A stretch of 61,265 nt of DNA from an uncultured Lentisphaerales bacterium. Lineage in GTDB: Bacteria; Verrucomicrobiota; Kiritimatiellia; RFP12; JAAYLN01. Numbering within the stretch: the first letter of the stretch is position 1; the number at the start of each line of letters is the position of its first letter. Under the pieces are notes generated by a model. The model worked only from the letters and a program-made list of their open reading frames with translations, was not told where the DNA came from and searched no databases. The stretch is taken from positions 1-61,265 of the forward strand of contig CAZRGQ010000005.1 of assembly GCA_964599645.1 (NCBI GenBank). The letters run 5' to 3'. Made by a program: the position numbers and the translations under genes. Shown piece by piece: positions 19,252 to 28,001 of the stretch.

Positions 19252-20049
19252 TCAACCCTGCTTGTAACTTTGCACCCATCTGCGTGCCAGCAGCCAGCCT
19301 GCCAGACAGCCGATCAGATGGGCTGAGTAGGCGATCTGCCCCCACCCTATCACGAGCTGCACCAGCGTAATCGCCATTACCAGCAAGGCCAAGGTGCGCG
19401 CCTGCAGCTTGAGCGGTATCACGAAGAAGAGCAGCACAAGCAGCTTGCGCCGCGGAGCCAGCGCCGCATAGGCGCCGATCAGACCGAAGACCGCCCCGGA
19501 GGCACCGACGCAGGTGCCGTAGGCTCCGATCGGTTGCTGCTCGGCCCAACGCTGTACCCACGGCCCCCAGAAACTGCCCGGCAGATGCTGCAGACCGAGC
19601 CAGATGGTCGGCTCCAGCCAGTTGAAGAGCATCCAGCCGAGACCTGCCACTACGGCGCTCACCAGATAGAGCTGCCAGAAGCGGCGTGTGCCCACCAGTG
19701 CCTCGACGGCCGAGCCGAAGAAGAGGAGTGTCACCATGTTGAGCGTCAGGTGCAACCAGGAGCCGTGGAGAAAGGCGTAGCTGAGCGGCTGCCAGAAGCA
19801 GCCGCTGCGCAACAGCGGCCAGTGGAGGCCGAAGATGTCGTAAATCAGTACGCCGCAGTTGAGCTCCTCGGAGTATTCCAGCCCGTGCAAGACGCTCAGT
19901 ACGATTTGAACCGCGAGGGCGGCAATGGCAATAGCTTTTACCGCCGGCGTGAACTGTAGCCAGGGTGAAAAGCGCCAGGTACGACGCCAGCCCGCAGGAG
20001 GCGATGGAGCAGACTCCTCCGGGGCATAAGTTATCTCCACCTCACTCAT
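19252..20049 (-). CDS. Rhomboid family intramembrane serine protease
   Basis: WQPLSYAFLHGSWLHLTLNM, GASG catalytic Ser, AHLIG catalytic His, multiple TM helices. ATG 20049 overlaps the GT2 stop. Confidence 0.92.
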   Translation of the reverse strand: MSEVEITYAPEESAPSPPAGWRRTWRFSPWLQFTPAVKAIAIAALAVQIVLSVLHGLEYSEELNCGVLIYDIFGLHWPLLRSGCFWQPLSYAFLHGSWLHLTLNMVTLLFFGSAVEALVGTRRFWQLYLVSAVVAGLGWMLFNWLEPTIWLGLQHLPGSFWGPWVQRWAEQQPIGAYGTCVGASGAVFGLIGAYAALAPRRKLLVLLFFVIPLKLQARTLALLVMAITLVQLVIGWGQIAYSAHLIGCLAGWLLARRWVQSYKQG

Positions 20050-20873
20050 CACAGGTTACGCCAGCGGCACTCCTCGTCGGACGGGCCCTCTTCATGTTCA
20101 AACATGTGACGCCACCGCTTCTGGAAGCGTAGTCCATTGCGTATCACGACGGCGGCGTTGTGGATCGAAGGCGAGCCCTGCGTGGTGGTGCTTTCGTCGT
20201 GATACATCTCGACTGTCGGCTCATACCACGCCTCCCAGCCGGCCTCGCGCAAACGGTAGCAGAGGTCAAAATCCTCAAACTGCACCGGATTGAAGGCCTC
20301 ATCAAAACCGCCATGCTGCTCGATCAGATCACGCCGCACCATCAGTGTGGCGCTGATCAGCGCCTGCACCCGTGTGGCGCTGCTCCAGCGGGGATCATCA
20401 CGCGGCTCGCCACGCCCGCGGAAGCAGACGCGACCACGTTTGGAGATACCGACGCCGGCGCACTGAATCAGATGCGGCGGCGCCGGATAGATCATCTTGG
20501 CGCCTGCCATCCCGGCGCGCCCGCTACCCAGGAGTCGGGCACGCAGGCGCGTGAGCCAGTTGCGTGTGGCGGGATAGACGTCGTTATCGAGAAAGGTGAT
20601 CGAGGTGCCCTGCGCCAGCTCCAACGCCTGATTGCGTGCTGTGCTGCAACCGACGTTTTCACTGTTGTGTACGATCTGGCACGTCATGCCGGCTGCGGCC
20701 GCCAACTGCGGCAGCGCGGCATCGAGCCACTCGGCCGAGCCGTCGGTTGAGCCGTTATCGACCACGATCAATTCGGTCTTGCCCTCCAGCAGCGACCGCT
20801 CCACCAGCGCCGTCAGACAGTGGCGGGTCGTGGCAAGCTTGTTAAAGGAGAGTACTATCAGAGAATCGAGCAT
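20049..20873 (-). CDS. Family 2 glycosyltransferase
   Basis: LIVVDNGSTDGS, FLDND DxD motif, FEDFDLCYRL. Confidence 0.92.
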   Translation of the reverse strand: MLDSLIVLSFNKLATTRHCLTALVERSLLEGKTELIVVDNGSTDGSAEWLDAALPQLAAAAGMTCQIVHNSENVGCSTARNQALELAQGTSITFLDNDVYPATRNWLTRLRARLLGSGRAGMAGAKMIYPAPPHLIQCAGVGISKRGRVCFRGRGEPRDDPRWSSATRVQALISATLMVRRDLIEQHGGFDEAFNPVQFEDFDLCYRLREAGWEAWYEPTVEMYHDESTTTQGSPSIHNAAVVIRNGLRFQKRWRHMFEHEEGPSDEECRWRNL

Positions 20874-20879
20874 TTTTAT

Positions 20880-21857
20880 TCAGAGACGGGTGGCCAACTC
20901 TACCGCCGCCGCCACAATGGCAGCCGCTCCCGGCATAATCGTCTCCTCCAGGCTTTTGGCTGAGGGTATTGGGGCGTCGGGCATCGTCAGACGTTGCACC
21001 GGAAAGTCGAGTTCACTAAAGGCGTGTTCATGCACCTGAGTGGCAATTTCGGCGGCAATGCCGCCGGTACGCGGTCCCTCCTCCACGATCAGGAGGCGAC
21101 GCGTCTTGCGGGCTGAGGCTACCACCGTCTCGATATCGAGCGGGTTGAGCGTGCGCAGGTCGATCACCTCGGCTTCAATCTCCTCCTCCTGCAACATGAG
21201 TGCCGCACGCTCGGCCTCAAAGGCGGTCCACGACCAGCCGACGATGGTGATGTCGCTGCCGGTGCGGGCGATACGTGCCACCCCGAGTGGCAGCGGCATC
21301 GCCGGCACCTCCTCGACCTCCCAGCGCAAGGGGTAGAGGAGCTTGTGTTCCAGAAAGAGAGTCGGATTGGGGTCGCGGATGGCGCTCTGCAGCAGCGCCG
21401 AGGCGTCGGCGCCATTGGTCGGGGCCACGATACGCAAGCCCGGCACACCGAAGAAGAGACGTTCGAGCGACTGCGAGTGCGTCGCCCCATAACCACGCCC
21501 GGCTCCCAGCGCTGTCCGCACTACCAGCGGACAGGGGAGATTGTAGACGTACTTCAACTTGGCCGCCATATTGACGAGCTGGTCGACGGCCAAGGTGATG
21601 AAGTCCATAAACATGATCTCCACCACCGGCCGGGCGCCCGCGACAGCCGCACCGATGGCCGCACCGACAAAACCGGCCTCGGAGATCGGGGTATTGCGCA
21701 CCCGCTGCGGGCCAAACTCGTCGAGCAGGCCGCGGGTAACGCCGAAGGAGCCGCCATAGACGCCGATATCCTCGCCGAGCAGCATGACAGAGGGGTCGCG
21801 GCGCAACTCTGCGGCCAGCGTCTCACGTAACATGGCGGCGGTGGTGAGCTGCTTCAT
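20880..21857 (-). CDS. 2-oxoacid/acetoin dehydrogenase E1 beta subunit
   Basis: GEDIGVYGGSF, NTPISEAGF, EIMFMDF, GATHSQS, EVIDLRTLNPLD. Confidence 0.93.
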   Translation of the reverse strand: MKQLTTAAMLRETLAAELRRDPSVMLLGEDIGVYGGSFGVTRGLLDEFGPQRVRNTPISEAGFVGAAIGAAVAGARPVVEIMFMDFITLAVDQLVNMAAKLKYVYNLPCPLVVRTALGAGRGYGATHSQSLERLFFGVPGLRIVAPTNGADASALLQSAIRDPNPTLFLEHKLLYPLRWEVEEVPAMPLPLGVARIARTGSDITIVGWSWTAFEAERAALMLQEEEIEAEVIDLRTLNPLDIETVVASARKTRRLLIVEEGPRTGGIAAEIATQVHEHAFSELDFPVQRLTMPDAPIPSAKSLEETIMPGAAAIVAAAVELATRL

Positions 21858-22801
21858 GAGTAGACCTCCTGTGTCGAAAAATCGGGCTCCGGCATGGGAC
21901 TCGCCTCGGCAAAGGCCACGGCCGCCGCCACGGCCTGACGGGCCGCTGTGCGCTCGGCCTCGATCCCTGCCGCATCAATTCTGCCGGCCGCCAGCAACTC
22001 CTGCTCCAGACGTACGATCGGCTCCTTCTGCCAGGCGGCCGCCTCCTCCTCACGGGTACGGTACACGCGGCGATCACCACGCGAGTGGCCCGAGAGACGA
22101 TAAGTGCGGCACTCCAGCAGCGTCGGTCCGGCACCGCTCCGGGCCCGTGCAGCGGCCTCTGCTACCGCCGTTGCCACGGCTGTGACGCTGTTGCCGTCCA
22201 CCGTCACCCCCGGCATGCCGTAGGCCGCCGCACGCCCGGCCACCGCTGCCACGCTCACACCGACACTGGCCGGCGTCGACATCGCATAGCCGTTCGACTC
22301 GCAGAGGGCAATCAGCGGCAGCTTCCAGAGCGCCGCCAGGTTAAAGCTCTCATGCAGCACCCCCTGACTCGAAGCGCCGTCGCCGAAATAGGCCACCACC
22401 ACACGCCGCGAGCCTGCCTGTTGCGCCTGCAGCGCCACTCCGGTGGCAAAGGCCACACTGGCGCCGGTAATACCGTTGGTGCCATAGAAACCGAGGGAGG
22501 GCTCCATCATCATCTGGCTGCCGCCCCGACCGCGTGAGTAGCCGGTCGCCTTGCCGAAAAGCTCGGCCATCAGGCGGCCTGGCTCGGCTCCGCGCGCCAG
22601 AAAGTGTCCGTGCCCGCGATGGGTACTCGTGATGGCATCACACGGCTCCAGCGCTGCGGCCACCCCGACACAGGTCGCCTCCTGTCCGATACAGGTGTGT
22701 GCCGTCCCCATAATGCGTCCGGCGGCAAAGAGCTCCTCAACCGCCTCTTCAAAGCAGCGGATCAGCAACATCTGGTAGTATGCCTTATTCAGATTGATCA
22801 T
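21854..22801 (-). CDS. TPP-dependent dehydrogenase E1 alpha subunit
   Basis: GQEA, THRGHGH, GDGA...SN TPP-binding motif, YRLSGHSRGD loop. Confidence 0.93.
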   Translation of the reverse strand: MINLNKAYYQMLLIRCFEEAVEELFAAGRIMGTAHTCIGQEATCVGVAAALEPCDAITSTHRGHGHFLARGAEPGRLMAELFGKATGYSRGRGGSQMMMEPSLGFYGTNGITGASVAFATGVALQAQQAGSRRVVVAYFGDGASSQGVLHESFNLAALWKLPLIALCESNGYAMSTPASVGVSVAAVAGRAAAYGMPGVTVDGNSVTAVATAVAEAAARARSGAGPTLLECRTYRLSGHSRGDRRVYRTREEEAAAWQKEPIVRLEQELLAAGRIDAAGIEAERTAARQAVAAAVAFAEASPMPEPDFSTQEVYS

Positions 22802-22908
22802 GCTTAGATTGTAGCAGATATCATGCCCTTGCGCTATAAGTTGCTCTCGGGCTCCCGATCTGGTATAAAGGGGTTTTTTAAGGCCTATTGTAACAAGGGA
22901 GAGATGTC

Positions 22909-24123
22909 ATGCCTGAAGTTGGTGAGAAAGTGCAGTTGGCAATCGAAGAGGTTGCCTATCGTGGTCCCGGTATTGGACGTCTGGATGGTCTGGTGGTCTT
23001 CGTCGAGCGCGTAGCGCCGGGCGAATTGATTGAAGCCCAGATTACCCGCCGCCGCAAAAACTTTGCCGAGGCCACGTTGCTTCAAGTAATTACCCCGTCG
23101 TCCCACCGTATTCCCTCCTGCACCCTCCTGCCCGATGGCACGATCCAGCCCGGCTGCAGCTACGATTTTCTCGACTACCCGACTGAGGTCGAAGTCAAAC
23201 AGCAACAACTGCTGGGACTGCTGCGCCACTGGCCAGGCGTCAAAGAGAAGGCTCTTGCCCCCTTCCCCTCGCCACTGCCGCTCAACTACCGCAACAAGAT
23301 TATTCTACACGCCCAACGTACCGGCCGCGACCTCGCCACCCTCGGCTACTTTGCCGCCGACAACCGCACCGTAATCGATATCCCCAACTGCGCCCTGGCG
23401 CGTGACGCCATCAACTTCGCCTGGCAGGCGCAGCGTGATGAGGCGCGCCGCAAGCTGGAGAATGGACACTCGATCACACTGCGTTGGACACCGGCTGACG
23501 GTGTGCAGAGTTGGATCGACCAGGCTCCCACCGCCGCCGCCTTCCTCACCGAAGAGAGCCCCGGCGGTCAGCTCAAGGTTCCGGCCGGCGGCTTCTTTCA
23601 GGTCAACAGCGAAGTAGGCACCGCCCTTGCGCTGCAGGTAAAGGAGTGGGTCGCCGCCGCTGCTGCCGAGCTGGGCTCCCATACACTGCTCGATCTCTAC
23701 TGCGGCGTCGGCGTCTTTGCCCTCAACTGCGCTACCGACTCTAGCAGCGATATCATCGGCATCGAGAGTCTCCATCCGGCCGTCGTCGCCGCACGCCAGA
23801 ACGCCAAAGCCTGGCAGCGCAAGGCCACCTTCCACGTCGCTCGTGTGGAGGAGGCTGCCCGCAACACCTTCGGGCTCAGCGATCAGAGCCGCACCATCGC
23901 GATTGTCGATCCTCCCCGCCGCGGCCTCGATCCGACTGTGACCAATGCCATTGCCAAGAGCACGATTCCCCACCTGATCTACGTCGCCTGCGACCCCGCC
24001 ACAATGGCACGTGACCTCAAACGTCTCGAACCGCACGGCTATCAGATCAGGTCGCTTAGGATGTTCGACATGTTCCCCCGCACGCCCCACTTCGAAAGCG
24101 CCGTCTGGCTCAGCCGCAACTAA
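22909..24123 (+). CDS. TRAM-domain 23S rRNA (uracil-5)-methyltransferase, RlmD/TrmA family
   Basis: N-terminal TRAM domain, FFQVN, LLDLYCGVG, DPPRRG, YVAC, DMFPRTPHFES. Confidence 0.92.
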   Translation: MPEVGEKVQLAIEEVAYRGPGIGRLDGLVVFVERVAPGELIEAQITRRRKNFAEATLLQVITPSSHRIPSCTLLPDGTIQPGCSYDFLDYPTEVEVKQQQLLGLLRHWPGVKEKALAPFPSPLPLNYRNKIILHAQRTGRDLATLGYFAADNRTVIDIPNCALARDAINFAWQAQRDEARRKLENGHSITLRWTPADGVQSWIDQAPTAAAFLTEESPGGQLKVPAGGFFQVNSEVGTALALQVKEWVAAAAAELGSHTLLDLYCGVGVFALNCATDSSSDIIGIESLHPAVVAARQNAKAWQRKATFHVARVEEAARNTFGLSDQSRTIAIVDPPRRGLDPTVTNAIAKSTIPHLIYVACDPATMARDLKRLEPHGYQIRSLRMFDMFPRTPHFESAVWLSRN

Positions 24124-24216
24124 TCACATTAGGCGCCTGATAGAGTCAACTGGAGGGCGAACCTGCGGTGAGCCGCTAGAGCAATCGAAAGCGCACAGGC
24201 AGGTGGCATCCCACAA
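24121..24216 (+). repeat. About 95-bp REP-like dispersed repeat (GGAGGGCGAACCTG.GGTGAGCCG core); second copy at 55504-55598
   Basis: taatcacattaggcgcctgatagagtcaactggagggcgaacctgcggtgagccgc... aligns end to end with taatcacaccagacgcttgatagatacaactggagggcgaacctgtggtgagccgc... Confidence 0.85.
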
Positions 24217-24235
24217 GAGACACTCAGCTCAGGGA

Positions 24236-24856
24236 CTATGGTTTCTGCTGAAGTTGTCCGCCGGCATTCAGGCAGAGTCGGCCGAGGGGAGTCGGCAGCT
24301 CGTCGCCGACCTCCAGGAGGTTGTCATAGCTTGCCTCAGCGCTGCGCCCGGGCGGACCGAAGAGCAGGCAGCCGGTGGTCTGGCGCAACTCACTGCCAAC
24401 TTCGCTTCCAGGCGGAGTAGCAACCGTAACCACCACACAGTGCAGATGACAGTGGTTGGCTGCCAGCCAGTCGCAGACCTCATCGAGCGAACCGGGATCG
24501 ACCGCCACTGCTGTTGTGCCATCGTTCAGCAGATACCCACCCTGCAACAGCTCATGGCGCGCCACTCTGCTCAGGTCGGCCAGCAACTGCTCCGCCGGGG
24601 TATAGTGACCTTTGCTGTGATTACAGTCACGGCAGGCCGGCACCACGTTGCCGCGCACACTCCGGCCGCCGCGCGCAACCGGCACGATATGGTCGAGCGT
24701 CAGCTCGGACGGTGCAAACGCTCCGTCGCAGTAGTGGCAGCGCCCTTTGGCAATCTCTCCCTGCCACCAGCCTGAGGCGCGCAGTTTCCGGGCACGCTCG
24801 CGTTCGCGTGCTACATGGGCGGCATCAGGCCGCAGATCGATCCAGTCGTTATTCAC
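24236..24856 (-). CDS. HNH endonuclease fused to a degenerate metallo-beta-lactamase/GloB-like domain
   Basis: CHYC, DHIVPVARGG, NVVPACRDCNHSK; the C-terminal half has YLL..AVAVDPG..V..WL...L..VVVT. Confidence 0.8.
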   Translation of the reverse strand: MNNDWIDLRPDAAHVARERERARKLRASGWWQGEIAKGRCHYCDGAFAPSELTLDHIVPVARGGRSVRGNVVPACRDCNHSKGHYTPAEQLLADLSRVARHELLQGGYLLNDGTTAVAVDPGSLDEVCDWLAANHCHLHCVVVTVATPPGSEVGSELRQTTGCLLFGPPGRSAEASYDNLLEVGDELPTPLGRLCLNAGGQLQQKP

Positions 24857-24858
24857 AG

Positions 24859-26226
24859 TCAGAAACTATAGCTCAACTCCCAGCGGGCAAACCAGGAGTT
24901 TTGGTTGACGTTGTAGTAGCTGCCGGGGTCGAGCAGTTCACCCACCAGATGCCCCACCAGCCGATCCTCGCGGTGCAGTAGCCCCTTGCCCAGCGGGAAG
25001 TCGTAACGAGCCGTGAAGAAGTTGCCACGCCGTGCGCCGCCGCCGGGACCATCCTTCTCGTCGGCATAGAGGAGACCGGCAGTCACCTTTATCTGGTGGA
25101 ATTTGTCGCAGGCCAGCGAAGCTGCCACATGGGGATAGACAAGATTGCTATAGTAGCCGGCCTTTTCGGCATCCCAGGCGTAGATGTAGAGCTCGCTGAA
25201 CTGGATAAAACGCGCCCAGAGCGGATTCCACCCCTCCTCCTTCTCTGTCTCCGGATCGTCACCGGAGAGGTAATAGAGCGCGGTTGTCACTTTGGGAGCA
25301 GCTCCGTCGGCCACTTCAAAGGGGAGTGTGACGGTGGCGCCGCCGTAGGCCATGCAGGCGCTGATGTCGCGATAGTCGTCGGTGGTGCCAAACTGCCAGG
25401 CGCCTTCGAACTCGAAGCTGAGATGGTCGTTTACCCTGGGCAGCAGCCGGGCGCCGAGCGTCTGGGTGCGTCGCCCCGGATTGCGGACCGGTGCCAGCGG
25501 CTCTCCACCGAAGCTGTCCCAGCGACTCTCGTCTTTAACCAGGAAGTAGAGCTCCGTCGGCATGCTGGTGTTGCGCAGCAGGCGTGCATAGAGCCCTCCC
25601 CCGCTCTCACGCATCTTGTTGTGGTACTTGTCGAAGCCGGTATTGTCACGATCATAGTGACCGATTTCAAGGCGTGCTTCAGGTTTGTTGTAGATGCCGA
25701 GGAGATCGATGGAGTTATGCTCATCTAAATGCAGGCTCAGCTTGATGGCATCCATAAAGATGGTGCGCGAGCCATCTTTGGGGGTTCCCTCCAGAATCAG
25801 GCGTCCGGCGCCGTAGATCAAATCCTGCCGCCCCAGCCGCAGGTCGAGTTTGCCGTCAAGCAGCCCTTTGGCATCGAAATAGAGTTGGTCAACAACGATC
25901 TCGTCGGGCCAATCCCAAGGCGAAGGGGCATCGGGATCGATGTAGTGACGAAACTCATTGGCCAAACGCCCGGCAAGGGTAAACTCCTCCCAGGCAAGTG
26001 AACCCCAGAGGCGGGGCCGGATGCGAAAGTAGTTGTTCTTGCCACCCCGCGTTACAGCAGGCGGATCGGCGATAATCGGAATGTTGTCGAAAATCTCTTG
26101 TCGAATACGCAGGTCGCCGCCCCAGGTGGCACGCCAGGCGCTACTCTCTACTTCGCCCTCAGTCCCGGCCCCGGCCATCAAGGCTACGACGCCGATGCCG
26201 GCCAATCCCAGTAATAGCCTCTTCAT
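24859..26226 (-). CDS. Outer-membrane beta-barrel, alginate export family-like
   Basis: Signal peptide, alternating amphipathic strands, LRLGRQDLIYGAGRLI motif, terminal WELSYSF. Confidence 0.75.
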   Translation of the reverse strand: MKRLLLGLAGIGVVALMAGAGTEGEVESSAWRATWGGDLRIRQEIFDNIPIIADPPAVTRGGKNNYFRIRPRLWGSLAWEEFTLAGRLANEFRHYIDPDAPSPWDWPDEIVVDQLYFDAKGLLDGKLDLRLGRQDLIYGAGRLILEGTPKDGSRTIFMDAIKLSLHLDEHNSIDLLGIYNKPEARLEIGHYDRDNTGFDKYHNKMRESGGGLYARLLRNTSMPTELYFLVKDESRWDSFGGEPLAPVRNPGRRTQTLGARLLPRVNDHLSFEFEGAWQFGTTDDYRDISACMAYGGATVTLPFEVADGAAPKVTTALYYLSGDDPETEKEEGWNPLWARFIQFSELYIYAWDAEKAGYYSNLVYPHVAASLACDKFHQIKVTAGLLYADEKDGPGGGARRGNFFTARYDFPLGKGLLHREDRLVGHLVGELLDPGSYYNVNQNSWFARWELSYSF

Positions 26227-26318
26227 GCTCGCTCCTTCTCTACCGGTTAAACAACTCCACCCGTCGCGATGGAGTCATGGCAGTATGGCACAGATGCTCG
26301 GGGGCTGTCCAACTATAA

Positions 26319-26347
26319 TTGCCAAAGGGGTAATGATTTGTCATAAT
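26319..26347 (+). promoter_or_regulatory. Putative sigma70 promoter for a leaderless cimA transcript
   Basis: TTGCCA (26319-24), 17 bp, CATAAT (26342-47); ATG at 26355 lies 7 nt downstream. Confidence 0.55.
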
Positions 26348-26354
26348 GTGCGCC

Positions 26355-27980
26355 ATGAAGCGGCTAGAACTACTCGATACCACCCTGCGTGATGGTGCCC
26401 AGGCGGAGGGCATCTCCTTCTCTGTGCAGGACAAGCTCGCCATCGTCAAGACTCTCGACAAATTGGGCATCGCTTTGATTGAAGCCGGCAACCCCGGCTC
26501 CAACCCCAAAGACCTCGCCTTCTTTGCCGAGGTGGCGGCCCGCCCGCCCCAACAGGCACGCCTGGCAGCCTTCGGCGCCACCTGCCGTCCCGGCCTCGAT
26601 CCGGCTGCTGATGTCAACTTGCAGTCGCTGCTCAAGGCCGATACCGAAGTGGTGGTGATCTTCGGCAAGTCGTGGGACCTTCATGTCACCGAGGTGCTGC
26701 GCACCAGCCATAAGGAGAATCTGCGCATTATACACGATACTGTCGCCTGGCTGGTGGCAGCCGGCCGGCAGGTCGTCTTCGATGCTGAGCACTTCTACGA
26801 TGGTTGGAAGGCGTCGCCCGACTACGCCCTGCAGGCGCTTGATGCCGCCATCAGCGGTGGCGCCGCTGTCGTCTGCCTCTGTGAGACCAACGGCGGTGCC
26901 TTTCCCGCTGAGGTGACGCACGGCACGGCGGCGGCCGTGGCGCATGTGGCCGGACGTGCTGCCGTCGGTATCCACTCGCATAACGACGCCGGACTCGGTG
27001 TTGCCAACGCTCTGGCAGCCGTGGCAGCCGGAGCCACCCATCTTCAGGGAACCTTGATCGGCTTTGGCGAACGCTGCGGCAACGTCAACCTCACTACACT
27101 GATCGCCAACCTGCAGTTGAAGCTCGGCTATACCTGCATCCCTCCCGAGCGCCTGCCGACCCTGACCGCTGCCGCACGTCGCGTGGCCGAGGTAGCCAAC
27201 ATCATCCTGCCCGACGACATGCCCTTTGTCGGACGCAAAGCCTTTGCCCACAAGGCCGGCATGCACATGGATGGAGTCAAAAAATGTTCGATCTCCTTTG
27301 AACATGTAACGCCGGAGAGCATCGGCAATGAGCGCCGTTTTCTGATCAGCGAGGTGGCCGGACGCAGCGCGGTGGTCGATCGCATCCGTGAACTGGCACC
27401 TGAGATCACCAAGGACGACCCGGTAGTGGCCAAGGTGGTCAAGCGCCTCAAAGAGTTGGAGAACGAAGGCTACCAGTTCGAGGGGGCCGATGGCAGCTTT
27501 GAGCTGCTGATCCGCAAAGAGCTGGGACTCTACAAGCCGCTCTTCAAGCTGGAGCGCTTCCGGATCATCGGCGAACGCCCCGCTGCCAGCCCCGGCAACG
27601 GTTCGGTGGCAATGGTCAAGGTGATCGTCGGCGGTGAAGAGGAGATTACGGCCGAAGAGGGCAACGGCCCCGTCGATGCCCTCGACAAGAGCCTGCGCAA
27701 AGCCCTCTACCGCTTCTACCCGCGACTCGCCGAAGCCCGCCTCAGCGACTACAAGGTACGCGTACTCGACGGTAGCGATGCCGCCTCCTCCAAGGTGCGT
27801 GTTCTGATCGAATCGACCGACGGCAAGCGCGTCTGGAGCACCGTCGGCGTCTCGACTGACATCATCGAGGCGAGCTGGGTAGCCATGGTCGATGCTATCG
27901 AATACAAGTTGACCTACGACAGCGCCGAGTTTCTCCAGGAGATGATGCAGAGCGTTCAATCTAGCGCCCAACAGGAGTAG
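26355..27980 (+). CDS. cimA: Citramalate synthase (LeuA-family, CimA)
   Basis: DTTLRDGAQ, FDAEHFYDG, HSHND, GERCGN, FAHKAGMH, regulatory domain GNGPVDALD...DYKVRVL. Confidence 0.9.
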   Translation: MKRLELLDTTLRDGAQAEGISFSVQDKLAIVKTLDKLGIALIEAGNPGSNPKDLAFFAEVAARPPQQARLAAFGATCRPGLDPAADVNLQSLLKADTEVVVIFGKSWDLHVTEVLRTSHKENLRIIHDTVAWLVAAGRQVVFDAEHFYDGWKASPDYALQALDAAISGGAAVVCLCETNGGAFPAEVTHGTAAAVAHVAGRAAVGIHSHNDAGLGVANALAAVAAGATHLQGTLIGFGERCGNVNLTTLIANLQLKLGYTCIPPERLPTLTAAARRVAEVANIILPDDMPFVGRKAFAHKAGMHMDGVKKCSISFEHVTPESIGNERRFLISEVAGRSAVVDRIRELAPEITKDDPVVAKVVKRLKELENEGYQFEGADGSFELLIRKELGLYKPLFKLERFRIIGERPAASPGNGSVAMVKVIVGGEEEITAEEGNGPVDALDKSLRKALYRFYPRLAEARLSDYKVRVLDGSDAASSKVRVLIESTDGKRVWSTVGVSTDIIEASWVAMVDAIEYKLTYDSAEFLQEMMQSVQSSAQQE

Positions 27981-28001
27981 CTGCTACCAGCAGAGGCCGA
28001 C

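Noticed and set aside
20880-22801. Assigning pdhA/pdhB or acoA/acoB symbols
   Set aside because: Substrate cannot be determined from motifs and no E2/E3 is adjacent.
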